From the NCBI GenBank assembly GCA_963722065.1, contig CAVRMI010000007.1:1163389-1227388 (forward strand): 64,000 bases of DNA, written 5' to 3'. Positions 27,859-37,996 of this stretch are shown one piece after another. The notes below the pieces were generated by a model. It did not search any database. It was not told where the DNA came from and saw nothing but the letters and a program-made list of their open reading frames with translations. The DNA is from an uncultured Thermoleophilia bacterium (GTDB lineage: Bacteria > Actinomycetota > Thermoleophilia > Gaiellales > Gaiellaceae). Position 1 is the first letter of the stretch; each line of letters opens with the position of its first letter. The position numbers and the translations under genes are program-made.

Positions 27859-30845
27859 TCACGGCTCACTGAGCTCCGCGAGTCGCTCGCGGGTGCGACG
27901 GGCGAGCGGGATGATCTGTTTGCGCTCGTAACAGGCGAGTGCCTCGCGGAAAGCAGCCACGGCCGCATCGTGGCGATCTGCAGCTGCAAGCACTTCGCCG
28001 AGGTCGAAGAGGGCGTCGCCCTTCAGGCCGAGGGCGTCGCTCCGCGCCACGATCTCGACAGCTTCGCGGGCGAGTCGTTCGGCTTCTGCGTGGCTACCGC
28101 GGCTCGCCTCGACGAGCGCCTGTACCTGCCGCCAGATCGTTCGCGCCCACATGTCCGAGGGGTCGGCGAGCGAGCGTCCCTGCTGGGCGAGTGGTTCTGC
28201 CTCGCCGTGGCGGCCCAGCCTACAGAGAACACGGCCGAGCATCGGCCCGTATCCCGACAGGTTGCCCTGCCAGCCTTGCGCCTCAAGGTAGTCGCAGAAC
28301 TCTCGTAGCTGGAGGACCGCTCTCTCGTCGTCACCGGCAAGGAGTGTGACCTCATGCTGTAGGGCGCCCGGGGGAAGGCCAAGCTCGGATCTTCTCTCGG
28401 CGGCCGCGCGAGCGATCCGCGACGCCTCGTCGAGACGGTCGAGCATCGCCAGCAGCCAGGCCCGCCGATCATCGAACGCCGGCGACAACGACGGCTCCCC
28501 GGGCACGAGGTCATCGAGGGCTCGCAGTGCCTGTCCGGCCGGACGCGGCCCTAGTGTGAGCGCGACCGGTAGCCCGTAGAAGTGGGTCGTTCTGATGCCG
28601 GCGAGCTGGGAATGGTGGAGCGCGTGCTCGGCCGCGCGCGCCATGTCCTCGAATTGGCCGCGCCAACTCGCGACGCCCGCGAGAGCGCCCCAGATGTATG
28701 CAAGGCCGGCGTGGTCTGCGCGCGCTTCGAGCAGCGGGAGCGCCCGTTGCGCCAACCGCTCCAGTTCGTCGGCCGAGCTTGATCCGGAATGAAGGCCGAC
28801 ATATGACGCCCAGGTGCGGGCGAGCAACTCACCTGCCTCGTCGCCGGCGGCGTGGGCGCGTTCCGCCGCGGCTGCGGCGATCGTCGCGGACGCCGTCGAC
28901 CCGCCGCGCCAGCGCATCACGTTCGAGAGATCGAGCTCAAGCCGGACGTCCAACCGGAGGGGCCGGGTGAGGGTCAGCGCCCGCTCGAGAAACCCTGCGG
29001 CAGCCGGGTCGTCACCGCGCCACTCGGCCCTGCGCCCCGCAGCGACCAGCCGGGCAGCAGCCTGCTCTGTCAGCGCGGGTTCCGGTCGGCCAAGCTCGCC
29101 GAGGTAACGGGCGGCCTGCTCGAGGTGGTAGCCGAGGATCTCGTCAAGTTCGACAAGGTCTTGGCCATGGGTTTGGAGCCAGCCTGCGAAGCGTCGGTGC
29201 AGGTCGGCGCGCACGGACTTGGGGAGGGCCTCGTAGGCGGCGTCGCGGATCAGCAGGTGGCGGAAGCGGTACGCGTCGTCATCGGGGAAGATGCGGTTGG
29301 TCGGGGCGGACGAGCTCCTTGCGGATCAGCGAGACGAGCCGCCGGTCGACGTCTCCGTCGCCTCGTCCCGAGCGCCTGCGACCGCGCCGCGGTGGAAGAC
29401 GCGGCCTTCGACCGAGCCGCGCTCGAGCACGGCCCGTTCGGCCGGGTCGAGTTGGTCGAGCCGGGCGGCGAGGAGCGCCTGGATCGTCGGTGGCACGTCC
29501 ACCTTCCCGTCGTGCCTTCGCGGACGAGGGCGAGCATCTCCTCGAGGAAGAGCGGGTTGCCCTCGGCGGCCTGGACGATCCGCTCCGCTCAACTCGTCCG
29601 GAGACCTCCCGAGCTTGCCGATCAGTTCCGCGGACTCGGCGGCGTCGAGTGGCTCGAGCAGCACGGTGGTCGCGTTCCACTTGCCGCCGCCCCACGACTG
29701 CCTGCGCTCCAGCAGGTCGGGCCGGGCCATGCAGAGGAGCAGGATCGGCGCGTCGCGGGCGAGGTCGGCCACGTGCTCGACCAGATCGAGCAACGTCTCC
29801 TCCGCCCAGTGGAGATCGTCGAACACGCAGACCAGCGGCTGCGGTCTGCGCCTGCTGTTCGAGCAGCTTGCGAAACCCCCAGGCGATCTCCTCGGCCGAC
29901 GCCAGCTCGTCGGTCTCGCCCAGCAACGCCCGCAGCGGCCGCGCTGCGTCCCCGTGCGGCAGCGCACCGAGCTGCTTGAGGATCTCCACCACCGGCCAGT
30001 AGGTGATGCCCTCGCCGTACGACAGGCAGCGGCCCGCGAACAAGCTGCGCGTCGACACCGTGCGAGGAACTCGGCCGCCAGCCGCGACTTCCCAACTCCC
30101 GCCGAGCCGAGCACCGTGAATAGCTGACAGGAGTGGTCATGCACCGCCTGCGGCGAACGCATCGCGCGAGCCGCCGCAACTCGGTGCCGCGGCCCACCAT
30201 CGGCGTCCCGAACTGCCGATCCAAGCCGGCCGCCACCGCGAGCAGACGGAACGCCGCCACCGGCTCGCGCCTTCCCCTTCAGCGTCAGCGGCGCCACCGG
30301 CTCCGACATCGACCGCTGTCGCTCACGAGCTCGTGCGTCTACTCGCCGATCAGCACCTCGCCCGGGGCCGCCGCCTGCTCCAGCCGGGCCGCGACGTTGA
30401 CGGCGTCGCCGGTAGCAAGCCGCTCCTCCGTCCCCGTCACGACCTCTCCGGTGTTGACACCGATCCGGCCTTGCGATGCCCGAGTTCCGGCAGCGCGTCG
30501 CGCATCTCCACCGCCGCGCGGCACGCCCGAAGCGCATCGTCCTCGTGCAGCCACCGGCACCCCGAAGACCGCCATCACCGCATCGCCGATGAACTTCTCC
30601 ACCGTGCCGCCATGCCGCTCGATGATCCCCTGCATCCGCTCGAAGTAACGAGCAAGCAGCTCCCTCAGCGCCTCCGGATCAGTCGACTCGCCAAGCGCAG
30701 TCGAACCAGTCACATCACAAAACAGCGCCGTGACGGTCTTGCGCACCTCACGTGCCGGAGAGGCGGCAGCGAGCGCCGCAGCGCACGACATACAGAACCG
30801 CGCCTCGTCTGGGTTCTGGTGACCGCAGCTCGCGCAGACCAACAC
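27859..30845 (-). pseudogene. Frameshifted paralog of the zinc-ribbon/cyclase/AAA/TPR protein
   Basis: Homologous pieces are spread over all three frames. The zinc ribbon and cyclase lie at 30845-30339 and include an internal out-of-frame patch. The P-loop LGSAGVGKSRLAAEFLA and CLSYGEGITYWPVVEILKQL occur in other frames. The TPR tail 29214-27859 is intact. Confidence 0.8.
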
Positions 30846-31014
30846 CAGCCGAGGCTAGAACATCCACAGACCGGCAGCCACACACAACACCGCTCGCTTT
30901 GGCCCACTGTCGGCGCTAGGCCGAGATGAAGGCGCGCGTCGCTGCAGTCCGGGCGGCGATCCGAACGCCTCAGCTACCGCCGGCGTCTGGGCATCAGCAA
31001 GGGGTGCCTCCGCC

Positions 31015-31281
31015 TCAGTCGCTCGCCGCAGACCGGGCTGAACTGGAACTCGCCTTCGGCCACGTCATGACCGTTGCTGCAACACCGCATGAGGTGACCC
31101 TAGACCTGAACTCACCGCACCGGAGACGCTCATGCTGCGATCCATGCCGCGATCGGATGACCGGGGGCTTCTGTGTGTGGCTGGAGACGTCAGCTCCGGC
31201 GCTGCCGGCGAAGACAGCTGCCAGGACGACGATCATCCCGACGACGACGAAAGCGGCTGCGTTGCGGATCGTGGCGGACAT
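31015..31281 (-). CDS. Possible small membrane-anchored protein
   Basis: ATG 31281 lies 7 nt after GAGGAG. The N-terminus MSATIRNAAAFVVVGMIVVLAAVFAGSAGA is hydrophobic. No homology recognised. Confidence 0.35.
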   Translation of the reverse strand: MSATIRNAAAFVVVGMIVVLAAVFAGSAGADVSSHTQKPPVIRSRHGSQHERLRCGEFRSRVTSCGVAATVMTWPKASSSSARSAASD

Positions 31282-31585
31282 CTGCGATCTCCTCTTCGGT
31301 CGTAGTGCCCACAAGACGGCCCACGACGCAGGCCCCTTCCATGTGTGTGACGAGCGCGACACATCGTGCTCCTCCCGGAACAGCAGGTATCTGAACGCCT
31401 ACCTGCATCTGCTGCCGGGCGACGCGGGCCAAGCGCCCGACTCGTTCGATCACCTACAGCCAGGAGCCGAAGAACAGAAGGCCGCTCCGTGACGTCCACT
31501 ACAACCGCGCGGGAGGCTGGCGCAAGCTGACGGTTCGAGTCCGTTGGGGGTGGTCGCGTTGACCAAACCAGGGGGCGCCGCTCAG

Positions 31586-31632
31586 GGTCATAGCCCAGGA
31601 GGCCGACATGCCGGGCGTGGCACCAGGAGGCC
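31586..31632 (+). repeat. 47-nt perfect direct repeat (partner 27642-27688)
   Basis: See 27642-27688. Confidence 0.9.
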
Positions 31633-31727
31633 GCCAGATCGGGGGGCCGCTAAGAAGCTCTAACTGAATGAAGGGACCCGTTCGTCGGTAGCGAAGTCCG
31701 TCGGCACCTGTCGTCAATCTCGGAGGG

Positions 31728-32147
31728 GTGTCGATGAGGGCGAAGCCGTGGGAGGTGCCGGACGGGTTGTGGGAGCGGATCGAGCCGCTGTTGCCGACGA
31801 GGCCGCGGCGGTTCCGCTATCCGGGTCGCAAGCCGTTCGATGACCGCCTCGCGTTGCAGGGGATCTTGTTCGTGTTGCACACCGGGATCGGCTGGGAGCA
31901 TCTGCCGCAGGAGCTCGGCTTCGGTTGCGGGATGACGGCCTGGCGGCGGCTGCGGGCCTGGCAGCAGGCCGGCGTCTGGGAGAAGCTGCACGCGTTGCTG
32001 CTCGCCGAGCTGCACGCCGCCGACCAGCTCGAGTGGGAGCGTGCCGTCGCGGACGGCAGCCATATCCAGGCGAAAAAGGGGGCGCGAAAACGGGTCCCAG
32101 CCCCGTTGACCGCGGCCGGGCGGGCAGCAAGCACCACCTGCTCGTAG
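31728..32147 (+). CDS. IS5-family transposase, orfA (N-terminal DNA-binding part)
   Basis: KPWEVPDGLWERIEPLLP...GRKPFDDRLALQGILFVLHTGIGWEHLP..GMTAWRRLRAWQQAGVW is the typical DUF4096/IS5 N-terminus. Confidence 0.8.
   Translation: MSMRAKPWEVPDGLWERIEPLLPTRPRRFRYPGRKPFDDRLALQGILFVLHTGIGWEHLPQELGFGCGMTAWRRLRAWQQAGVWEKLHALLLAELHAADQLEWERAVADGSHIQAKKGARKRVPAPLTAAGRAASTTCS
32070..32084 (+). promoter_or_regulatory. Probable programmed -1 ribosomal frameshift site of the IS transposase
   Basis: GCGAAAAAGGGGGCG: an A5/G5 run exactly where orfA homology ends and -1-frame orfB homology begins. Confidence 0.5.
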
Positions 32148-32713
32148 ACGGCGGCGGCGTCCCGCTCGCCTGGACGCTGACCGGCGGCAACCGCAACGAC
32201 GTCACCCAGCTGATCGAGCTGCTCGACCGCGTCCCGCCCGTCCGCGGACGCGTCGGCCGGCCGAGACGACGGCCGACGATGCTGCTCGCCGACCGCGGCT
32301 ACGACCACGACAAGTACCGCCGCCTCGTCCGCAAGCGAGGCATCAAACCGGTGATCGCCCGCCGCAACACGGAACACGGGACCGGCCTGGGCCGCCACCG
32401 CTGGGTCGTCGAACGCACCTTCGCCTGGCTCCACAACCGCCGCCGACTCCTCATCCGCACCGACCGCCGCGACGACATCCACGAAGGCTTCCTCGCCCTC
32501 ACCTGCTGCCTCATCTGCTGGAGCCGGCTGGAGACCTCATTGAGTAGGACCTCTAAGCCTGGGCGGTCGGAGCGGGAGCCGTCTCGAGCACCCAGATTGC
32601 TCCGCCGGCGCAGTCGATGCGCGTGCCGCCTTCGGCGTCGTCGAGTCGCGTTCGCCGAACGTAGATGGCATGTTGGAAACCACGCTCTAGCCGCAGGCGA
32701 TCGCCCGTACTAG
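32074..32713 (+). CDS. IS5-family transposase, orfB (DDE catalytic part, reached by -1 frameshift)
   Basis: GPSPVDRGRAGSKHHLLVDGGGVPLAWTLTGGNRNDVTQL...ADRGYDHDKYRRLV...RWVVERTFAWLHNRRRL. The ORF has no stop inside the element and reads through the right end to 32713. Confidence 0.75.
32555..32668 (-). pseudogene. 3'-terminal fragment (~37 codons) of a formyltransferase paralog
   Basis: IYVRRTRLDDAEGGTRIDCAGGAIWVLETAPAPTAQA* matches the end of 14038-14880 (VYVRRTRLDDTEGGTRIDCADGAIWVLETAPAPDGQA*). DNA similarity stops abruptly at ~32668. Confidence 0.7.
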
Positions 32714-32921
32714 TTTCACTCGACCGACGGTTCTCTCCTTTTACCCTTCCTCGGAGAGCGTCGGCCCGGGGGCAGCAGCGGCTACGCGAGCGCTATGGGA
32801 GCGTGCGTAGCCGCGCCGCCCTATTGCGCCGCGGCACTTGGACTCGGCTCACCACTTGCTTGCATTCGGGAGAGCGCGTAGCGTCGGCTGCGTGTCGAGT
32901 TGAGCGGCCGAGGGGTCTCTA

Positions 32922-33851
32922 TTGACGATTGAGCTGATCGAGGGCACGCGAGACACCGCGAGCGTGTCGAGGATCGTTTCCGAGGTGCTTCGCTGGATGA
33001 CGTTCGATCCAGACGCGATCGAGCATATGCGAGCGACGAGTCCGACCTGGCGCGACTGGATCGGGCTGCTGGACGGGGAGCCGGTCGGTGTCGGTGGCTG
33101 CGGCGTCGGCGCCGGGATGGAAGAGAGCAGCGCAGTCTTTGCATCGTTGTGTGTGCTTCCGGCAGCCCGCCACCGAGGTGTCGGAGGGACGCTGTACCGC
33201 CGTGTCTCCGAGTACGCCCGCGAACTCGGTCGGGAGCAGTTGGAGCTGTTCTCGTTCTCCGACGATCCAGACTGCGATGGTTTCGCCGCACGACACGGAT
33301 TCACCATCGTGATGCGCGCCCGGGGTCTTCGCCTGAAACTCGAGGACTGTCCACGCCCGGAGGTGACGCCTCCTGCGGGAGTGACGATCACGACGCTCGC
33401 AGAGCGACCGGATCTCGGTTACGGAGTCTGGGAGACCGCAGGCGAGGCGCTGCCGGACATTCCCTACGACAGCGACGTACCGCCGCAGCCTGGAACCTAT
33501 GAGCAGTTCGCAGCCCGGCAACTCGCCGGGCCCCGATACATCCCCGAAGCGACCTTCGTCGCCCTCGAAGGCGAGCAGGTCGTCGGCTACGGGAAGCTCG
33601 GCTGGATCAACCGCTCGGCGGGGATCGCCGACCACGACATGCTTGCCGTCCGCCGAGCCTGGCGCGGCCGTGGCATCGCCCAGTCACTCAAGGCCGCTCA
33701 GATCGCCTGGGCGCTCGACAACGGACTCGTCGAGCTTCGCACCGGCAACGAGGAACGAAACACGGCCGCCCGTGCCGTCAACGCCCACTTCCCCTACACG
33801 CCGATGCCAGACGGACTCGCGTTCCGCGGCCCCTGCGCAGCCGTGGAGTAA
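32922..33851 (+). CDS. GNAT-family N-acetyltransferase (two GNAT-like halves)
   Basis: Acetyl-CoA motifs LCVLPAARHRGVGGTLY and LAVRRAWRGRGIAQSLK. TTG start. Confidence 0.8.
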   Translation: MTIELIEGTRDTASVSRIVSEVLRWMTFDPDAIEHMRATSPTWRDWIGLLDGEPVGVGGCGVGAGMEESSAVFASLCVLPAARHRGVGGTLYRRVSEYARELGREQLELFSFSDDPDCDGFAARHGFTIVMRARGLRLKLEDCPRPEVTPPAGVTITTLAERPDLGYGVWETAGEALPDIPYDSDVPPQPGTYEQFAARQLAGPRYIPEATFVALEGEQVVGYGKLGWINRSAGIADHDMLAVRRAWRGRGIAQSLKAAQIAWALDNGLVELRTGNEERNTAARAVNAHFPYTPMPDGLAFRGPCAAVE

Positions 33852-33883
33852 CCCGCTGATTCGTTCGGGCCTCGGGTCACAAG

Positions 33884-33936
33884 CCAGGAGGCCGTGTTAG
33901 TCATGCGCCCGTCGGTCGGCTGGAACTAGGAGGTCG
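33884..33936 (+). repeat. CCAGGAGGCCG plus a degenerate CTAGGAGGTCG motif pair
   Basis: These are the last + strand-oriented copies before the low-GC polysaccharide locus. Confidence 0.8.
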
Positions 33937-34204
33937 GCCCCGTCGGCATCGCAACCGCTTCCGCAAGTCGGCCGTACCCTGGAGGCGCCGCTGCCGACAG
34001 CAAGCCTGCGAGTGCTTCAGCGGGCGCGTTCGACTGCGTGGATTCCACGATGCTACCCCGACCTGGTCGGTTCACTGTCACTAGAAACGAACAGGTTCTC
34101 GAGCTCGCGCCTTGCGACTTTCAGGATCCGTGCGACTATGAGGCTCGCAGTGATTCGCTGCGGCGACGAACGGTAAGGACAGGGAGAGGATTCAGGGGAG
34201 GCAT

Positions 34205-35790
34205 TTGCTCAGAGAGGGGAGCAGGCAGCAGCATCCGGGGAATCGGCCGGCGCCCTGGCGTCGACCGCTGTCAACGGCGTTCCGGCCGCTGCGGACAAGG
34301 AATCCCAACAAGGCGCCACGTTCGCTCTCGGCCGGTCAGGTTGACCAGTTGCTCGAGCCCAAGGTGCCGAGCCATCGACGCGGCTGGATGTTGCGGCGAG
34401 CTCTTGCCGCCGCGGACATCGTCGGCCTAACGGCCGCGCTCTTCATCGCGGAATGGGCTGTCGGCAGCGCCCAACGGCGTCGGGAACGCTGAGTCAGTCG
34501 ACTGAGATCGCCGCGTTCATCGTCAGCCTGCCGGTCTGGATCGTTGTCGCCAGGGCTTACGGGCTCTACGACCAGGACGAGGAGCGCACCGACCACTCCG
34601 CTCCCGACGAGTTCTCCGCGCATCTTCCACATGGTCACGGTGTGCACGGCCGGAGCGGCCGCGCTGAGCTTCGTGACGGGGGTCGCCCATCCGACGACGC
34701 CGAAGCTCGTCATCTTCTGGGCGGCCGCAATCGTCTGCGTGGTCTCGGCGCAGGGCCGCAGCACGAGCGCTGGCCCGAAGAAGCCCGTGGTACCTCCAGA
34801 ACACGCTGATCCTCGGAGCCGGCGACGTCGGGCAAACGATCGCGCACAAACTCCTCCAGCACCCCGAGTACGGGATCAACCTCGTCGGCTTCGTCGACGG
34901 CCAGCCAAAGGAGCGCCGCGACGATCTCGAGCACCTGACCGTGATCGGTGGATCATCCGACCTGCGCGAGGTCGTCGAGGTGCTCGACATCGAGCGCGTG
35001 ATCGTCGCCTTCTCCGGCGACTCGGACGTCGACACGCTTCAGCTTGATCCGAACCCTGAAGGACCTGGACGTCCAGATCGACGTCGTGCCACGCCTCTAC
35101 GAACTCGTTTCACCCGGCGTCGGACTGCACACGGTCGAGGGAATCCCGCTCGTCGGACTTCCTCAGCTGAGGCTTTCGCGCTCGTCCCAATTCCTGAAGC
35201 GTCTCCTCGACGTCGCCGTCTCGTCGATCGCGCTCGTCGTCCTGGCGCCGTTCTTCCTGGTCATCGCCCTTGCGATCAAGCTGGATTCTCGCGGGCCGGC
35301 GTTCTTCCGCCAGACCCGCATGGGCGGCGACGAGAAGACATTCACCATCCTCAAGTTCCGCACGATGGCCGCCGACGCCGAGCAGCGGAAGCATGAGATC
35401 GCTCACCTGAACCAGCACCGCGGCGCCGACGAGAGGATGTTCAAGGCTGCCGCCGACCCACGCGTCACGCGCGTCGGCGCCTTCCTGCGTCGCACGTCGA
35501 TCGACGAGCTTCCTCAGCTCTTCAATGTGCTGCGCGGCGAGATGAGCCTGGTCGGCCCACGGCCGCTGATCCTCGAGGAGGACAGCCACGTCCTGGAGTG
35601 GGCGCGCGAACGGCTGCGGATCAAGCCCGGCATCACCGGGCTCTGGCAGGTCCTCGGCCGCAGCGACATCCCATTCGGCGAGATGGTGCAACTGGACTAC
35701 CTCTACGTCACGTCCTGGTCGCTCGGCGGCGACGTGAAGCTCATCGCGAAGACGATTCCCCGCGTGCTGCTTTCTCGATCGACAACGTAA
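34205..35790 (+). pseudogene. Frameshifted polyprenyl-phosphate glycosyl-1-phosphate (priming) transferase, WbaP/EpsB-like
   Basis: Homology runs through frames 2>1>2>0>1, with switches near 34.49, 34.61, 34.75 and 35.04 kb. The C-terminal catalytic domain is intact (RLLDVAVSSIALVVLAPFF...KFRTM...DELPQLFNVLRGEMSLVGPRP). Confidence 0.8.
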
Positions 35791-35869
35791 CGCCGCTGAT
35801 GCTCGAGATCACGGACGCAACGGCGAGCACGATGAGCGTGCCGACGCAGCGACGACGGCTCGCGCGTAG

Positions 35870-36821
35870 CTGGCGCGAACCACTTAACGTTGCGGACCAG
35901 TTCGAGGTGATGGTCTTCTGGATGGGCGACGAGCCGATGTTGCGCGGCCGCACCTATTTGCTGCGCGCTGGGGCGCACGACGGTTGCCGCGACTGTCGCT
36001 CCGCTCAAGTACAGGTTGAACCTCGACAACCTCGAGCACGTCGCGGCGAACCAATTGGAGCGACGCGAGGTTGGAGTGTGCTCGATCGAGCTAGCCGAGC
36101 CAATCGCCTTCGACCCACATGTCGAGAACAGACACACTCGCGGCGTCGTTCTGATCGACCCGATAACGCAGGACACCGTCGGCGCCGGCCTGATTCGATT
36201 TGCGTTACGACGCTCTCAGAACGTGCGCTGGCAGACGCTCGATGTCGGCAAGACGGGCGCGCGCGCCGCGAAGCACCAGCGACCGTGCATCATCTGGCTC
36301 ACCGGCCTCTCAGGCGCAGGGAAGTCGACCATCGCGAACCTTGTCGAACGCAAGCTGCACGACCGAGGGCTGCCATACATACCTCCTTGACGGCGACAAC
36401 GTGAGACAAGGTTTAAACAAGGATCTCGGCTTCACGGCCTCCGATCGAGCCGAGAACATCCGCCGAGTCGCCGAAGTCGCGAAGCTGATGGTGGACGCCG
36501 GCCTGATCGTGATCGTCGCCTTCATCTCCCCGTTCCGCAGCGAGCGCGAAATGGCACGAACCGCACTCGTCGAGCCCGGCGAATTCTTCGAGATCTATGT
36601 CGATGCGCCCCTCCACGTTGCCGAGGAGCGGGACCCCAAAGGGCTCTATGCGAAGGCGCGGCGCGGCGAGCTCGCCAACTTCACCGGCATCGACTCGCCT
36701 TATGAAACGCCGACGAACTCCCGACCTGCGAATTGACACAACCTCTCTCGATCCTGCGCATGCCGCCAAGGCGATCATCAGCCTCGTGACGCATCGGACA
36801 ATTGATTTAGCATGGCGTTAA
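35870..36821 (+). pseudogene. cysNC: 5'-truncated, frameshifted bifunctional sulfate adenylyltransferase subunit 1 / APS kinase
   Basis: Only CysN domains II-III remain (ADQFEVMVFWMGDEPMLRGRTYLL..., [15 protein letters not shown]). The CysC P-loop is [13 protein letters not shown], followed by [18 protein letters not shown] in another frame. Frame switches lie near 35.98, 36.39 and 36.72 kb. Confidence 0.75.
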
Positions 36822-37000
36822 TGGGGCGTATCGATCGAGCCAGAGATGGGTACCTTGCCTTTTGCGTCGGCGCCGTCAGCGGATGTCGGCCACCCGGGTT
36901 TGTTACCCAGCGTCGAGTGTCAGACGCAGACGAGACCGCTGAGCCGAACTGAGAGCAGGAGTTGCTTCGATGCATACTGAGACAGGTCTGATCGCACTAC

Positions 37001-37996
37001 ATGCATGTACTGCGCCGAGGTTGGTGGATCGTCGTGATCACGACTGTGCTGACGATCGCTGCAGCAGCGTACGTATCGGCCCGGCAGACCTCCCTCTACA
37101 GTTCATCCGCCGACGTCTTCCTAAGCACGCAGAATCTGGCCGCGATCGTTTCGAACGTCCAACTGCCCTCGAGCGACCCGATTCGCGCAGCCGCCACCCA
37201 GGCCGATCTCGCACGCAATCCCGCCGTAGCCGAGCGGGCCCTCGCGCTCGCTGGGCTGTCAAGCCGGGACGCTCGATCGCTCCTCTCGAAGTCGTCGGTC
37301 AGTGCAGCGACCAACGCTGACATCCTGACGTTTTCCGTGACCGATCACCGGCCTCAAATCGCCGAGCGACTCGCGAACGACTACGCCATTGCATATACGC
37401 AGTACCGTCGGCACCTCGACACGGCAGCCGTCGCAAGCGCTCGGCAAGGAATCGAAGCACAGCTGACGCAGCTGAAGGCTTCAGGCGGCGAGAGCGGCGC
37501 GGTGTATGCGAGTTTGTACGAAAAGGACCAGGAACTGAAGACACTGCAGGCCCTGCAGGGCTCGAACGCACTCGTCGTACGCTCGGCCGAGCACGCTGTG
37601 CAGACGCAGCCGAAGTTACTTCGGAACGGAGCCCTCGCCGCGGTGCTAGGACTCCTTCTCGGCGCGGGACTCGCCTTCCTCCGCGACACGCTCAACACCC
37701 GGGTTCGTAGCGCCGGCGAGGTGCAGAGCTTGCTTGGCCTGCCATTACTCGGTCGGATGCCCGAACCTCAAGGGCGACGTCGGGGAAGTAATGGGCTCGT
37801 GATGCTGGCAAACCCCTCCAGCCCTCTGGCAGAGCCTTACCGGATACTCGCCACGAATCTTGAGATCGTGAACCTCGAACGGGACGCGCGTGAAGATCAT
37901 GTTCACGAGCGCCACTCGCGAAGAGGGAAAGTCCACTACGGTTGCGAACCTTGCTGTCGCTCTCGCTCGAGCAGGGCGACGCGTCATCCTTGCTGA
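37001..37996 (+). CDS. Polysaccharide chain-length determinant (Wzz/GumC-like) protein
   Basis: N-terminal TM (RRGWWIVVITTVLTIAAAAY), a coiled periplasmic region, and a second TM (LLRNGALAAVLGLLLGAGLAFL). The last ~35 codons overlap the kinase ORF and look non-homologous. Confidence 0.7.
   Translation: MHVLRRGWWIVVITTVLTIAAAAYVSARQTSLYSSSADVFLSTQNLAAIVSNVQLPSSDPIRAAATQADLARNPAVAERALALAGLSSRDARSLLSKSSVSAATNADILTFSVTDHRPQIAERLANDYAIAYTQYRRHLDTAAVASARQGIEAQLTQLKASGGESGAVYASLYEKDQELKTLQALQGSNALVVRSAEHAVQTQPKLLRNGALAAVLGLLLGAGLAFLRDTLNTRVRSAGEVQSLLGLPLLGRMPEPQGRRRGSNGLVMLANPSSPLAEPYRILATNLEIVNLERDAREDHVHERHSRRGKVHYGCEPCCRSRSSRATRHPC

Larger units (their letters stand above)
31655..32552 (+). mobile_element. 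IS5-family insertion sequence (IS427-like group), ~0.9 kb
   Basis: Two-ORF DDE transposase and imperfect terminal inverted repeats (AAGCTCTAACTGAATGA vs reverse complement AGGTCCTACTCAATGA). CTAAG flanks both ends (31650-31654 and 32553-32557). Confidence 0.8.

Noticed and set aside
30926-31492. 188-aa ORF on the + strand between the cyclase pseudogene and the IS
   Set aside because: No start context and no recognisable domain. It overlaps the better-supported small ORF on the opposite strand.
31515-31556. tRNA-like T-arm GACGGTTCGAGTCCGTT (possible tRNA, tmRNA or att remnant)
   Set aside because: No acceptor stem, D-arm or anticodon arm can be drawn around it, and there is no CCA-proximal pairing. 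It may at best be a fragment and cannot be supported as an RNA gene.
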